From Octopus sinensis (Eukaryota): a DNA stretch of 64,000 nucleotides. Location of the stretch: contig NW_021837042.1 of NCBI RefSeq assembly GCF_006345805.1, positions 2,411 to 66,410 of the forward strand. Reading direction: 5' to 3'. The notes beneath the pieces were generated by a model that searched no databases, was not told the origin of the DNA, and was given only the letters and a program-made list of their open reading frames with translations. Below, piece after piece: positions 10,173 through 23,974 of the stretch (its first letter is position 1; each line of letters begins with the position of its first letter). Position numbers and translations under genes: made by a program.

Positions 10173-13100
10173 CTATATACAAATTAAATATATATATATA
10201 TAAATATATACAATTATATATATATATATATAAATATATACAAATTATATATATTTATACAAATATATACAAATTATATGTATGTATATAAATAAATACA
10301 AATTATATATATGTATACATATATATATACTAATTATATATATGTATACATATATATATACAAATATATATATACACATTATATATATGTATACATAGAT
10401 ATATACAAATTATGTATGTAAATATATACAAATTGTATATATGTATGTAAATATATACAAATGTATATATGTATGTAAAATATAAAAAATTGTATATATG
10501 TATGCAAATATATGCAAATTGTATATAGGTATGTAAATATATGCAAATTGTATATAGGTATGTAAATATATGCAATTTGTATATAGGTATGTGAATATAT
10601 GCAAATTGTATATAGGTATGTGAATATATGCAAATTGTATATAGGTATGTGAATATATGCAAATTGTATATAGGGATGTGAATATATGCAAATTGTATAT
10701 AGGTATGTCAATATATGCAAATTGTATATAGGGATGTGAATATATGCAAATTGTATATAGGTATGTGAATATATGCAAATTGCATATAGGCATGTAAATA
10801 TATGCAAATTGCATATAGGTATGTGAATATATGCAAATTGCATATAGGTATGTGAATATATGCAAATTGCATATAGGTATGTGAATATATGCAAATTGCA
10901 TATAGGTATGTGAATATATGCAAATTGCATATAGGTATGTGAATATATGCAAATTGCATATAGGTATGTGAATATATGCAAATTGCATATAGGTATGTGA
11001 ATATATGCAAATTGCATATAGGCATGTAAATATATGCAAATTGCATATAGGTATGTGAATATATACAAACCGCATATATGTATGTAAATATATACAAACC
11101 GCAATTATGCATGTAAATATATACAAACCGTATATATGCATGTAAATATATACAAACCATATATATGCATGTAAATATATACAAATCATATATATGCATG
11201 TAAATATATACAAATTATATATATGCATACAAATATATACAAATTATATATATGCATACAAATATATACAAATTATATATATGCATACAAATTATATATA
11301 TGTATATATGTATATAAATGTATACAAATTATACATATGTATATAAATGTATACAAATTATACATATGTATATAAACGTATACAAATTATATATATGTAT
11401 ATATGTATACGAATTATATATATGTATATATGTATACAAATTATATATATGTATATAAACGTACACAAATTATATATATGTATATGAACGTATACAAATT
11501 ATATATTTGTATATAAACGTATACAAATTATATATTTGTATATAAATATATACAAAATATATATAATTATATATATAATTTGTATATATTTATATACATA
11601 TATATATAAATATATACAAAGTATATATATGTATATGAATATATACAAATTATATATATGTATATGAATATATACAAATTATATATATGTATATGAATAC
11701 ATATACAAATTGTATATATGTATATGAAGATATACAAATTACACATATGTATATGAAGATATACAAATTACATGTATGTATATGAATATATACAAATTAC
11801 ATATATGTATATGAATATATACAAATTACATATATGTATATGTATATATACAACTTACATATATGTATATGAATATATACAAATTACATATATGTATATG
11901 AAAATGCGCAAATTATATGTATATGAAGATATACAAATTATATATATGTATACAAATTATATATATGTATATATGTATAGAAATTATATATATGTATATA
12001 AATGTATACAAGTATATGTACGTATATAAACGTATACAAGTTATATATATGTATATAAACGTATACAAATTATATATATGTATATAAACGTATACAAGTT
12101 ATATATATGTATATAAACGTATACAAATTATATATTTGTATATAAATATATACAAAATATATATAATTATATATATAATTTGTATATATATATATACATA
12201 TATATAAATATATACAAATTATATATATGTATACAAATATATACAAATTATATATATGTATGTAAATATATACAAATTATATATTTGTATATAAATATCT
12301 ACAAATTATATATATGTATATGAATATATACAAATTATATATATGTATATGAATATATACAAATTATATATATGTATATGAATATATATACAAATTATAT
12401 ATATGTATATGAATATATACAAATTATATATATGTATATGAATATATACAAATTATATATATGTATATGAATATATACAAATTATATATATGTATATGAA
12501 TATATACAAATTATATATATGTATATGAATATACACAAATTATATATATGTATATGAATAGATGCAAATTATATATATGTATATGAATATACACAAATTA
12601 TATATATGTATATGAATATATACAAATTATATGTATATGAATACATGCAAATTATATATATGTATATGAATATACACATATATATATGTATATGAATATA
12701 TATAGAAATTATATATATGTATATGAATATATACAAATTATATATATGTATATGAATATATATAGATTATATATATGTATATGAATATATACAACTTACA
12801 TATATGTATATGAATATATACAAATTACATATATGTATATGAAGATATACAAATTATATATATGTATACAAAATTATATATAGTATATATGTATAGAAAT
12901 TAGATATATGTATATAAATGTATACAAATTCTATATATGTATATAAATGTATACAAGTTATATATATGTATATAAACGTATACAAATTATATATTGTATA
13001 AATATATACAAAATATATATAATTATTATATATTAATTTGTATATATATATAACATATTATATAAATATATACAAATTATATATATGTATACAAAATATA

Positions 13101-15367
13101 CAAATTATATATGTATATAAATATATACAAATTATATATTGTATATAAATATCTACAAATTATTATATATGTATATGAATATTATACAAATTATATATGT
13201 ATATGAATATATACAAATTATATATATGTATATGAATATATACAAATTATATATATGTATATGAATATACACAAATTTATATATGTATATGAATATATGC
13301 ACATTATATATATGTATATGAATATACACAAATTATATATGTATATGAATATAATAATTATATATGTATATGAATATTATAGATATATATATGTATATGA
13401 ATATATACAGATTATATATATGTATATGAATATATAAAGATTATATATATGTATATGAAATAATAAAGATTATATAATGTATATGAAATATATGTATAGA
13501 TCATATATATGTAATGAATATATACAGATTTATATATGTATATGAATATATAAAGATTATATATATGTATTGAATATATATCTCGATTATATATATGTAT
13601 ATGGAATATATACAGCTTATCTATATTGTATATGAAATATATAGATATATATATGTATATGAATATATACAAATTATATATATGTATATGAATATATACA
13701 AATTATATATGTATATGAATATATACAAATATATATATGTATATGAATATATACAAATTATATATATGTATATGACTATATACAAATATATATATGCATA
13801 TGAATATATACAAATTATATATATGCATATAAATATATACAAATTATATATATATGTATAAAAATATATACAAATTATATATATGCATATGAATATATAC
13901 AAATTATATATATGCATATAAATATATACAAATTATATATATGAATATAAATATATACAAATTATATATATGCATATAAATATATACAAATTATATATAT
14001 GCATACAAATATATACAAATTATATATATCCATACAAATATATACAAATTATATATATGTATACAAATTATATATATATGTATATAAATTATATATATAT
14101 ATATAAACGTATACAAATTATATATATGTATATAAACTTATACAAGTTATATATATGTATATAAACGTATACAAATTATATATATGTATATAAACGTATA
14201 CAAATTATATATTTGTATATAAACGTATACAAATTACATCTTTGTATATAAATGTATACAAATTATATATAATTATATATATAATTGTATATATTTATAT
14301 ACATATATATAAATATATACAAATGATATTTGTATATGAATATATACAAATTATTATTTTTTATTGAATATATACAAAATTATAATATGTATATGATATA
14401 TACAAATTATATATATGTATGTGAATATATACAAATTATATATATGTATATGAATATATATACAGATTATATATATATGTATATGAATATATACCGATTA
14501 TGTATATGAATATATACCGATTATATATATGTATATGAATATATACAGATTATATATATGTATATGAATATATACAGATTATATATATATATATGAATAT
14601 ATACCGATTATATATATGTATATGAATATATATAGATTATATATATGTATATGAATATATACAAATTATATATATGTATATAAATATATACAAATTATAT
14701 ATATGTATATGAATATATACAAAGTATATATATGTATATGAATATATACAAAATATATATACGTATATGAATATAAACAAATTATATATATGTATATGAA
14801 GATATACAAATTATATATATGTATATGAAAATATACAAATTATATATTTGTATATGAATATATACAAATTATATATATGTATAAATACAAATTATTTATA
14901 TGTTTATGTATATATACAAATTATATATATGTATATGAATATATACAAATTATATATATGTATATGAATATATACAAATTATATATATGTATATGAATAT
15001 ATACAAAGTATATATATGTATATGAATATATCCAAAATATATATACGTATATGAATATAAACAAATTATATATATGTATATGAAGATATACAAATTATAT
15101 ATATGTATATGAAGATATACAATTATATATATGTATATGAAAATATACAAAATTATAATTGTATATGAAAATATACAAATATATGTATATGAATATATGC
15201 AAATCATATATATGTATGTGAATATATGCAAATTATATATATGTATATGAATATATACAAATTATATATATGTATATCAATATATACAATTTATATATAT
15301 GTATATCAATATATACAAATTATATATATGTATATCAATATATACAAATCATATATATGTATATAAA
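10121..15367. repeat. AT-rich 29-bp minisatellite array
   Basis: Unit aaattatatatatgtatatgaatatatac (12421-12449); homogeneous variant gtatgtgaatatatgcaaattgcatatag at about 10770-11050. Confidence 0.95.
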
Positions 15368-17478
15368 TGTCTCTCCTCGCCAGACATCGACGTGAAATTT
15401 CAACAATTCATGTCTGTAATGCAAGCCATATGCTACAAATATGTCCCAGAGAGAAAGGCCACTGTACACAAGAACAAAATCCCCAGAGAGAGGAAAATTC
15501 TAATGAGACGGCGTACAAAATTTTCAAATCGCCTAAACAAACAGATTGAAAGCAGTGAAAAGTCCCGCCTGAAAATAAAACTGTTGGAAATCGAAAAATG
15601 TCTGAAACTCTCCCATGAAAAGGAAAGAGCAGACAAAGAAGCCTGGGCTATAGACAACATAAAATCTAACCCCAGAGCTTTCTACAGGTATGCCAAAGAA
15701 ACAGCTACGGTGCACTGTAGAATAGGGCCACTCCTCGAAAAGGATGGCACACTTACAGGAAAACCAATGAGGGTAAGTGAAATACTGAATGAGCAATTCA
15801 AGAGTGTTTTCACTCCACCCCTTGGGCATCTCAAATCACCAATCCAACTGACTTTTTTTACCACTGCAGATATAAAATCAGAGGCGGCGACGATAGATTA
15901 CATCGATATAAAAGAGGACGATGTAATCAAGGCTATAGATGAAATGAAAACAGACTCAGCTACTGGCCCCGATGGATTCCCGGCAATCCTCCTAAAAGCA
16001 TGTAAGAGAGTCCTAGCAAGACCACTGCAGTTCCTCTTTCAGAGCTTCCTTGCAGCTGGCAAACTTCCAAGAAAACTGAAGGAAGGTAAAATATGCTCCA
16101 TTCATAAAGGAGGTAGCAGAGCGAAAGCCAAGAACTACAGACCTATCTCTCTGACCTCACACATCAGCAAGGTCATGGAACGAATAGTCAGAAGGAAGCT
16201 GATCACCTTTCCGACCAGGGAGAAGCTGTTTAACTCAGCTCCTACAACACTATGACTGGGTGCTGAAACGGCTGCTCAACCACTCAAATGTGGAAGTGAT
16301 ATATCTCGACTTTGCAAAGGCCTTTGATAAAGTCGATCATGGAATGATATGTCACAAACTGCGTGATCTCAACATAGTTGGAAAACTGGGAGAATGGCTT
16401 CATGACTTTCTGAAAGATAGAAGTCAGGTGGTAGTGGCCAATGGGGCCACTTCCATTAACACGCAAATAGTGAGCGGTGTTCCGCAGGGCACTGTTCTGG
16501 GACCACTACTGTTCATAATGGCCCTCTCAGACATGCCCTCATCCACGCAGAGAGCCACGATCACAAGTTATGCAGATGATACAAAAGTTTCACAGGCAAT
16601 ACAGAACTCTGAGGACACTAAACACCTGCAATGTGAGCTAGACAAAATATACAAGTGGGCCGAAAAGAATAGCATGCAGTTCAATGCTGAAAAGTTTCAA
16701 GCTCTATACTATCAGTATGTAAAACTAAATGCAATACCCAATGAATACACTGGACCCGGAGGGATTGCAATCCCAGAGGCACAATCAGTGCGTGACCTGG
16801 GTATTCACATGAGTGATGACGCGACCTTTCATGTACATGTTGCTAAACTGACAATGAAATGCAGACGCTGGCTGGATGGATTCTTAGAACCTTTAGAACA
16901 AGAGAACAAGAAACCATGATGGTCCTCTGGAAGACACTTGTCCTAAGCCACTTTGACTATTGCTCTCAGCTATGGTCACCATCCAGTGTCAAGTTGATCA
17001 CAGAACTTGAGGCGATCCAACGAAGCTACACGAAGAAGATAGCCTCTATGCAGAATGTAAGCTACTGGGAAAGACTCAAGAGATTAAAATTATATTCCTG
17101 GAGCGTAGGCGGGAAAGATATGCCATAATATACATCTGGAAGATCCTGGAGGGAAGTGTCCTGAACTTTGGCATCGAGAGTTACGCAAATGCCAGAACTG
17201 GGCGCCACTGCGTGGTGCCTAGGACTCCAAACTTGCCATCAAGATGTAGGACAAGATTCTGTGATAGCCTGGGCTTCCGAGGCCCACAGCTCTTCAATAT
17301 CCTCCCGAAGAACCTGAGAGACCTGCATGGGGTGGATACAGATGTCTTTAAAATGGAGCTGGATCTCTTCCTGTCAGGTGTCCCAGATGAACCAACTTCA
17401 CGGCAGGGGGTGCAGATGAGGGCAGCTGCATCGAACTCTCTCATGCACCAAATAGCAGTTGCTAGAAAGCCTCCATGA
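15368..17478 (+). pseudogene. Reverse transcriptase ORF2 remnant, frameshifted
   Basis: ORFs 15299-16255, 16260-16919, 16859-17128 and 17212-17478 are one reading frame broken at about 16207 (deletion removing the QHG part of QHGFR), 16866 and 17100. Confidence 0.9.
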
Positions 17479-17571
17479 AGTGAAACCAAGTAGCAACACC
17501 AAATGGCGGTGCCCCAGCATGGCCACAGCTCATAAGCTGAAACTAGAATCAATCAATCAATCAATCAATCA
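15368..17571 (+). mobile_element. 5'-truncated CR1-group LINE inserted in the satellite
   Basis: RT motifs GPDG, NYRPISLTS, YLDFAKAFDKV, GVPQGTVLGPLLF, YADDTK, DYCSQLWSP; (AATC)n tail at 17547-17571; no endonuclease domain. Confidence 0.92.
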
Positions 17572-18010
17572 TATGAATATATACAAATTATATATATGTA
17601 TATGAATATATATGTATATGAATATATACAAATTATATATATGTGTATGAATATATACAAATTATATATATGTATATAAATATATACAAATTATATATAT
17701 GTATATAAATATATACAAATTATATATATGTATATAAATATATACAAATTATATATATGTATATAAATATATACAAATTATATATATGTATATAAATATA
17801 TACAAATTAAATATATGTATACAAATATATACAAATTATATATATGTATACAAACATATACAAATTATATATATGTATACAAACATATACAAATTATATA
17901 TGTATACAAACATATACAAATTATATATATGTATACAAATTATATATATGTATATAAATGTATACAAATTATATATATGTATATAAATGTATACAAATTA
18001 TATATCTCTT
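17572..18010. repeat. Continuation of the 29-bp satellite
   Basis: Same unit as 10121-15367. Confidence 0.95.
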
Positions 18011-18011
18011 A

Positions 18012-18560
18012 TCTCTTATTATAAAAGGCGATTTTATCTGCCTCCCTTTGGGAGTTATACAAATCTACAATATAGGATTTCTTCAATTACAATTTACCTA
18101 GCAGTTTTAAGAGTACAATGCATCGCGTCATGCCAGGTCCAGTTTTTAAAATTTAAACTCCAATTAAGCAAAATTTACAGAAAACTCACATTCTGGTGTG
18201 TGTGTCAAATGCTTTTCTTAGTCTGGTTTACACCACACGCAAACGCACACACACAGGGGCAACGAATAAAATGAAAGTAATTGACTTACTGTAGTGAGTG
18301 ATTCTTTCACTCTGCTTCCCACTTCCTCTTTCCACACATACACACGCAAAATATAAATAAAATTGTAAGCTAACGTGCGTGTGTGTGAGTGGTGTGTGTG
18401 GGTGTGCGCGTGTGTGTGTGTGTGTGAGTGGGTGTGTGTGGGTGTGCGTGTGTGTGTGTGTGTGAGGGTGCGTGTGTGTGTATGTGTGTGCGTGTGCGTG
18501 AGTGTGTGATAGGAAAGTTTTTTACGACGAATATAACACCTATATCCAAGTAGCAGAAAG
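18012..18560 (+). mobile_element. Helitron-like family 2, 5' portion
   Basis: a^TCtcttattataaaagg start; clearly homologous to 20281-21388. Confidence 0.6.
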
Positions 18561-18931
18561 ATAAGACAGTAAGGTGTGATTTGAGGGAGATTTGGCTGCT
18601 ATTTCTAGCATGTCTAGCTGCCATGTAGGGGTCTCCCTCATAGGCTCATACATACATATATACATAGATAAGACAGTAAGGTGTGATTTGGGGGAAATTT
18701 GGCTGCTATTTCTACCAGGTCTAGCTGCCATGTAGGGGTCTCCCTCATAGGCTCATACATACATTATACATAGATAAGACAGTAAGGTGTGATTTGGGGG
18801 AAATTTGGCTGCTATTTCTACCAGGTCTAGCTACCATGTAGAGGTCCCCCTCATTGGCTCATATATATATACATACATAAGACAGTAAGGTGTGATTTGA
18901 GGGAGATTTGGCTGCTGTTTCTACCAGGTCT
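18561..18931. repeat. Tandem repeat, unit of 103-107 bp, about 3.5 copies
   Basis: ataagacagtaaggtgtgatttg..tttggctgctatttcta recurs at 18561, 18668, 18774 and 18877. Confidence 0.92.
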
Positions 18932-18984
18932 GTTAGGCCTTCTCATGTAAACTCAAGCTTTCTCATGCCTTGACCAAAGCAGAG

Positions 18985-19200
18985 AATGTATTCTTTTATT
19001 CTTCTGCTTTTTCCAGCCATTGGTCTGTAGCCATGCTGGGGCAATGCCTTGAAGAATTGTAGTTTAATGAATCAACTCCACTTTTATTTTTGTAAGCATT
19101 GTACTTATTCTATCTGTTTCCTTTGTCAAACCACTAGGTGACAGGATGTAAACAAACCAACATTCGTTGTCAAGCAGTGGTGGAGGACAATCACAAGCAC
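18985..19200 (-). mobile_element. Degenerate SINE family B 3' half
   Basis: gccatgctgggg..gtacttattctatc..cgttgtcaagcagtggtggaggacaa. Confidence 0.65.
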
Positions 19201-19289
19201 AGACACGCACACACACACACACATACATGCATACACATATACACACATACATACATACATACATATATATATATGTGTGTATATATATA

Positions 19290-19612
19290 TTGCAGCGTGG
19301 AAGGTGTTTGTAAGCCATTTAAGAAACACACAAAAACCGTTACATTCACTTCAACATTTAAATTTAATTTGCCAAAATATTTTCGTCGCTTTGAGACCGC
19401 GACCTGTTCACTGACAAAAATATCGTGCTAACAGGTCGCGGTCTCAAAGCGATGAAAATATTTTGACAAATTAAATTTAAATGTTGAAGTGAATCTAACG
19501 GTTTTTGTGTGTTTCTTAAATGGCTTATAAACACCTTCAACGCTGCAACTGTTTTCGTTCCAGCACACGATCTCAGATCAAGTCACTTGCTATGCAAGTA
19601 CATCTCTGTAAC
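19290..19612. mobile_element. Fold-back element (119-bp arms, 21-bp spacer) with 3' extension
   Basis: Arms 19290-19408 and 19430-19548; the 3' extension ctcagatcaagtcac.. recurs at about 36085 and 59210. Confidence 0.88.
19368..19418 (-). ncRNA. Putative hammerhead ribozyme, G3-C8 core variant
   Basis: Minus strand: UUUGUCA-GUGAACA-G-GUCGC(GGUCUCAAA)GCGAC-GAAA-AUAUU-U|UGGCAAA; 7-bp stem I, palindromic AAUAUU stem III. Confidence 0.6.
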
Positions 19613-19711
19613 TATATATATATTTATATATATATATATATATGTATATTGGTAAAAACAGTAAGATAACAAAAGAAAGAAAGAACCTCAATATTATGTA
19701 AATAGAGGAAA

Positions 19712-20106
19712 TCTTTATATATAAAAGTGAGGTTGTGTGTCTGTCTCCTACGATTTAGATTCCTAACTAGTCCCACATTTTGCGGTGCAGTTTAACCAAA
19801 ACCGGGTATCTTATAGTCGTGATTCATATCGAGACCGTCTGGGTATTAGCGCGCGTCTACGATGAGTCTACGATTTAAAAAATAATTTACCATCAATTTT
19901 TCCCATTTTTAATCCATTTTTGACATATATAAGGGAAGTAACTCTCTAAAATTTATTATTAAATCTCAGAACGTAAAAAGCTACAGTAACACCCCTCCCC
20001 CTTTGTGGTTAGCCATATTGAGATGGCTATTATACTTTACATCTCTAAAAATGCTTATATAATTATTTCCCTTACAAACCCGAGCAACGCCGGGCGATAC
20101 TGCTAG
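19712..20106 (+). mobile_element. Non-autonomous Helitron family 1
   Basis: A^TC start, cccgagcaacgccggg hairpin (20079-20094), CTAG end. Confidence 0.88.
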
Positions 20107-20280
20107 CATGTATATAAATGTATCCAAATTATATATATGTATATAAACGTATACAAATTATATATATGTATATAAACGTATACAACTTATATATATGTTT
20201 ATAAACGTATACAAATTATATATAGGTATATAAACGTATACAAATTATATATAGGTATATAAATGTATACAAATTATATA
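20107..20280. repeat. 29-bp satellite units
   Basis: tataaacgtatacaaattatatatatgta-type units. Confidence 0.9.
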
Positions 20281-21388
20281 TCTCTTATTATACAAGGCAG
20301 ATTTTATCTGCCTCCCTTTGTCTCTTATAGAAATCTACAATATAGGATTTCTTCAATTACAATTTACCTAGCATTTTTAAGAGTAGAATGCATCGGATCA
20401 TGCCAGGTCCAGTTTTTAAAATTTCAACCCCAATTAAGCAAAATTTAGAGAAAACTCACATTGTGGTGTGTAAGTCAAGTGCTTTTCTTATTGTGGGCTA
20501 GAGCACACGCACACACACAAAAACGGAGCGATCTGATTCACTCACGCTATCACTCTAATTTCTACTCCTTTCTCTTTGCAAGTGTGCAACGATTAAAGTG
20601 AAACTATTTCTATAAAACGAAAGAAGTGTACCTTAAACCACTACTAAAAAAAAAAAAACACAGCAAACAGAAATAAATAAATACATAACGATTTACTCCT
20701 CACACAATTTCTTCAATTAGAGTTTACCCATGATTTTTCAAAGTACTTCCATTGGGTCATGCCATACAAAATTTCTTTCAATTTTACCCCCAATTAAGAC
20801 AAAATTCGAGAAAACTCAATATTTTAACATTTCACTCTGCATATTACTCCCACTTCCCCTTTACACACATAGACACGCAAATATATAAATAAAATTGTAA
20901 GCTAATGTGTGTGTGTGTGTGTGTGTGCGTGTGTGTGAGTGTGTGTGTGTGTGTGTGCGTCTGTGTGTGCGTCTGTGTGTGTGAGGGTGCGTGTGTGTCT
21001 GTGTGTGTGTGTGCGTGTGTGTGAGTGTGTGACAGGGATGAGCAAGTCAAACTGGTCATCCCTTTTGCTAGATCACCTAACATCTAAAGTTATCTCTAAG
21101 TAGCAGTCGCCCAAAAGTGTATATAGACACACACATGTATGTATAATGTGTGTGTATATATTTCCATAGAGGTAACCATTCACTCCATACAAAGTTATTT
21201 AGGACGAATTGGACGAATATAAGATCTAAAGTATATCCAAGTAGCGGAAAGATCGCCCAAAAGTGTATATAGATATTTAAATGTATTTATATATTCATCT
21301 ATACACACATGTATGTATAATGTGTGTGTATATATTTCCATAGAGGTAACCATTCACTTCGCACAAAGTTTTTTAGGACGGACGAAAA
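20281..21388 (+). mobile_element. Helitron-like family 2, longer 5' portion with internal duplication
   Basis: a^TCtcttattatacaaggcagattttatctgcc start; homologous to 18012-18560; about 100-bp duplication at 21108/21254. Confidence 0.6.
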
Positions 21389-22233
21389 TCTTTATATATA
21401 AAAGAAAGGTTGTGTGTCTGTCTACTCCGATTTAGATTCCTAACTACTCCCACATTTTGCGATGCAGTTTAACCAAAACCGGGTATCTTATAGTCGTGAT
21501 TCATATCGAGCCCTTCTGGGTATTAGTGCGCGTCTATGATGAGTCTACGATTTTAAAAATAATTTACCATCATTTTTTTCCATTTTAATGCATATTTTTT
21601 TTAATAAAGGGAAGTAACACTCAAACTTCACACCAATATGCGTGCTCATATGCGACGTAATATCACATCAGCAGCATTTCCTCACACCCTCCTTGCACTT
21701 GGCGATGGCAAAATACCAGAGTATGAAAATGGTAATATTGCCATCGATTCCATTTGTACCATTGTTAAGACGCCTCCTGATCTCAGAGATGCAGTGTTCC
21801 AAGATCTACAAGCTAATTATCAGAATATGGATTGGATTGGCAAAAAGGCTATACCGGCCCCGAGGAATAAAACTGTTCACCATATTAATGATGAAATGCT
21901 AAAACTCATTCCTGGGGAAGTCTATGTATATCAGTCTATCGATACAACTCCTGACCCAGAGGACGTCATCAACTATCCAATAGAGGTACTCAATTCCTTT
22001 GAGCACCCCGGACTACCACCACACTTTCTCAAACTTAAAGTTGGTGCCCCTATAATGCTCATCAGAAATTTGGTTCCCCCAAAACAATGCAATGGCACAC
22101 GTTTGATCGTTAAGTCCTTATCTCCCACCGTAAACTTATATCAATATTTGCCTGAATAATCATCATAATTCAGTGCAATCATTAACAGTACTTTCAAGTA
22201 ATTCAGCCCCGAGCAACGCCGGGCAATTCTGCT

Positions 22234-22235
<2 letters not shown>
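21389..22235 (+). mobile_element. Helitron family 1 deletion derivative retaining a helicase fragment
   Basis: A^TC start, same 5' 200 bp as 19712, hairpin at 22208-22223, CTTG^T end. Confidence 0.88.
21638..22159 (+). pseudogene. PIF1-like (Helitron RepHel) helicase fragment
   Basis: LGDG..AIPAPRN..IN..LIPG..YPIEVLNS..GLPPHFLKLKVGAPIMLIRNL..CNGTRL are Helitron helicase motifs. Confidence 0.9.
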
Positions 22236-22288
<53 letters not shown>

Positions 22289-22654
22289 CTGAAGTTGTCT
22301 GGATATATGTATGTATGTATGTGTGTGTGTGTATACGTATGTATGTGTAGAGACCTCTTTTGGCTCCACCTGAGTTTTGAAACTGAATGGGTAAATTTCC
22401 CCCTAACTATAGAGCCTTATTGTTCTGTTGAGGAACAATGTTGTTTTATTCAACCGATGGCCTTCCAAACATTTGATTGGTGTATTTTCCTCTTGACCCA
22501 TAACCCTTCTAGTTTGTAAAGGGTTTAAATAAATAATATAAGGGATCTTTACCCTTTCAACGGCAGATCGAGAAATATATTTTTTGTAACTAAACACTTT
22601 CAACCTTCGGACACTAACGCTAACCCTAATGTGTCCTATAAAACATATTTTACT

Positions 22655-22760
22655 TTTAATGTTACTCTTGACCGCGGCCATGCTGGAGCATCGCCTTTAA
22701 TCGAGCAACTCGACCCCGGGACTTATTCTTTTTGTAAGCCCAGTACTTATTCTATCCTTA
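22655..22760 (-). mobile_element. SINE family B 3' fragment
   Basis: gaccgcggccatgctggagcatcgcctttaatcgagcaactcgacccc. Confidence 0.8.
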
Positions 22761-23175
22761 GCCAATCATATTGTCTGTTTTCATTTGAAATTATTAGCTG
22801 CATAGTGTTAATGTGACGTAGATAGCTATTTTGTGAGTGGGTAAGCAGTAAGCAAACAGCTGTGGTAGATGTGGTTATCATGGCAGTGGTGGTAGTGGTG
22901 ACAGTGGATGTGTATGATGGCAGCAATTATAGTGTTGGTGTTTTTGTAGAGGTGGTGGTGGTGGCGGCAGTGGATGATGATGATAATGATGATGATAGTA
23001 GTAGTAGTAGCATTGATTATGTTAGGATGTCTCATGGATGGTAGTGTTGGTGTGTGTGTGTGTGTGTATGTATGGATCAAAACAGTTTGATTCAAATTCT
23101 GTGGGTCTTATATATTCATACATACATATACATGTAGATGTATATAACATATATATATTGTATGTAAACATCTTT

Positions 23176-23208
<33 letters not shown>

Positions 23209-23282
23209 ATGTATGCATCTATAATACACACACATTATAAATATACACATATATGCATATGCATTAGAATATGTGTGTATAG

Positions 23283-23323
<41 letters not shown>

Positions 23324-23399
23324 TATGTTTGTATACATGTGTGTGTAGCTATTTAGGATCTACACAAATTTTATATATACTCCACGAAGTTTATAAGCG

Positions 23400-23685
23400 G
23401 AGATGTTTACATTTTAGTTAGCTATTTACATGTTTACGTTAACTACGTCACAAAATAGCTGTTTACGTCACAGTAACAATATTTTGAGAAGCAGTAAATA
23501 ATATGAGGTCGAAAGAAAGAATATCATTGGTTAAAATTCGAATTATTAAACAACGTTAAACTTAGAAATTACAATTCCGTTTTCATTTTGGGTTACAATT
23601 ATGTTTTCGTTTGACACATTCTACCAGTATACGAAGTTTCAAATTGTTTAGTTAACTAGGAAAATCTGGCCTTCAAAATGAAAAG
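23400..23685 (-). mobile_element. Inverted copy of the 9035-9335 element
   Basis: About 260 bp near-identical reverse complement. Confidence 0.8.
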
Positions 23686-23845
23686 ATCCAGGATTTCAGT
23701 TTCCGTCTACCAAATCCGCTCACAAGGCTTTGGTTGGCCCGAGGCCATAGTAGAAGACACTTGCCCGAGGTGCCACGCAGTGGGACTGAACCCGGAACCA
23801 TGTGGTTGGGAAGCATGCTTCTTGCCACACAGCTACGCCTGTGTA
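23686..23845 (-). mobile_element. SINE family B 5' half
   Basis: ttccgtctaccaaatcc..gaacccggaaccatgtgg..ccacacagc. Confidence 0.85.
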
Positions 23846-23974
23846 AAAAAAAAAAAACAGAACAAGGCATAGTGGTTACGGCTGGAACGCCACTCGATCA
23901 GAGGAGATCTGTTTGATTGAAACTAATCTGGATGTTTACTCGTCAACACAAGAATAATCAGCGCCATAACTAGT

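Noticed and set aside
10330-11228. ORFs with 29-aa periodicity
   Set aside because: Three 29-bp satellite units per period; no coding signal
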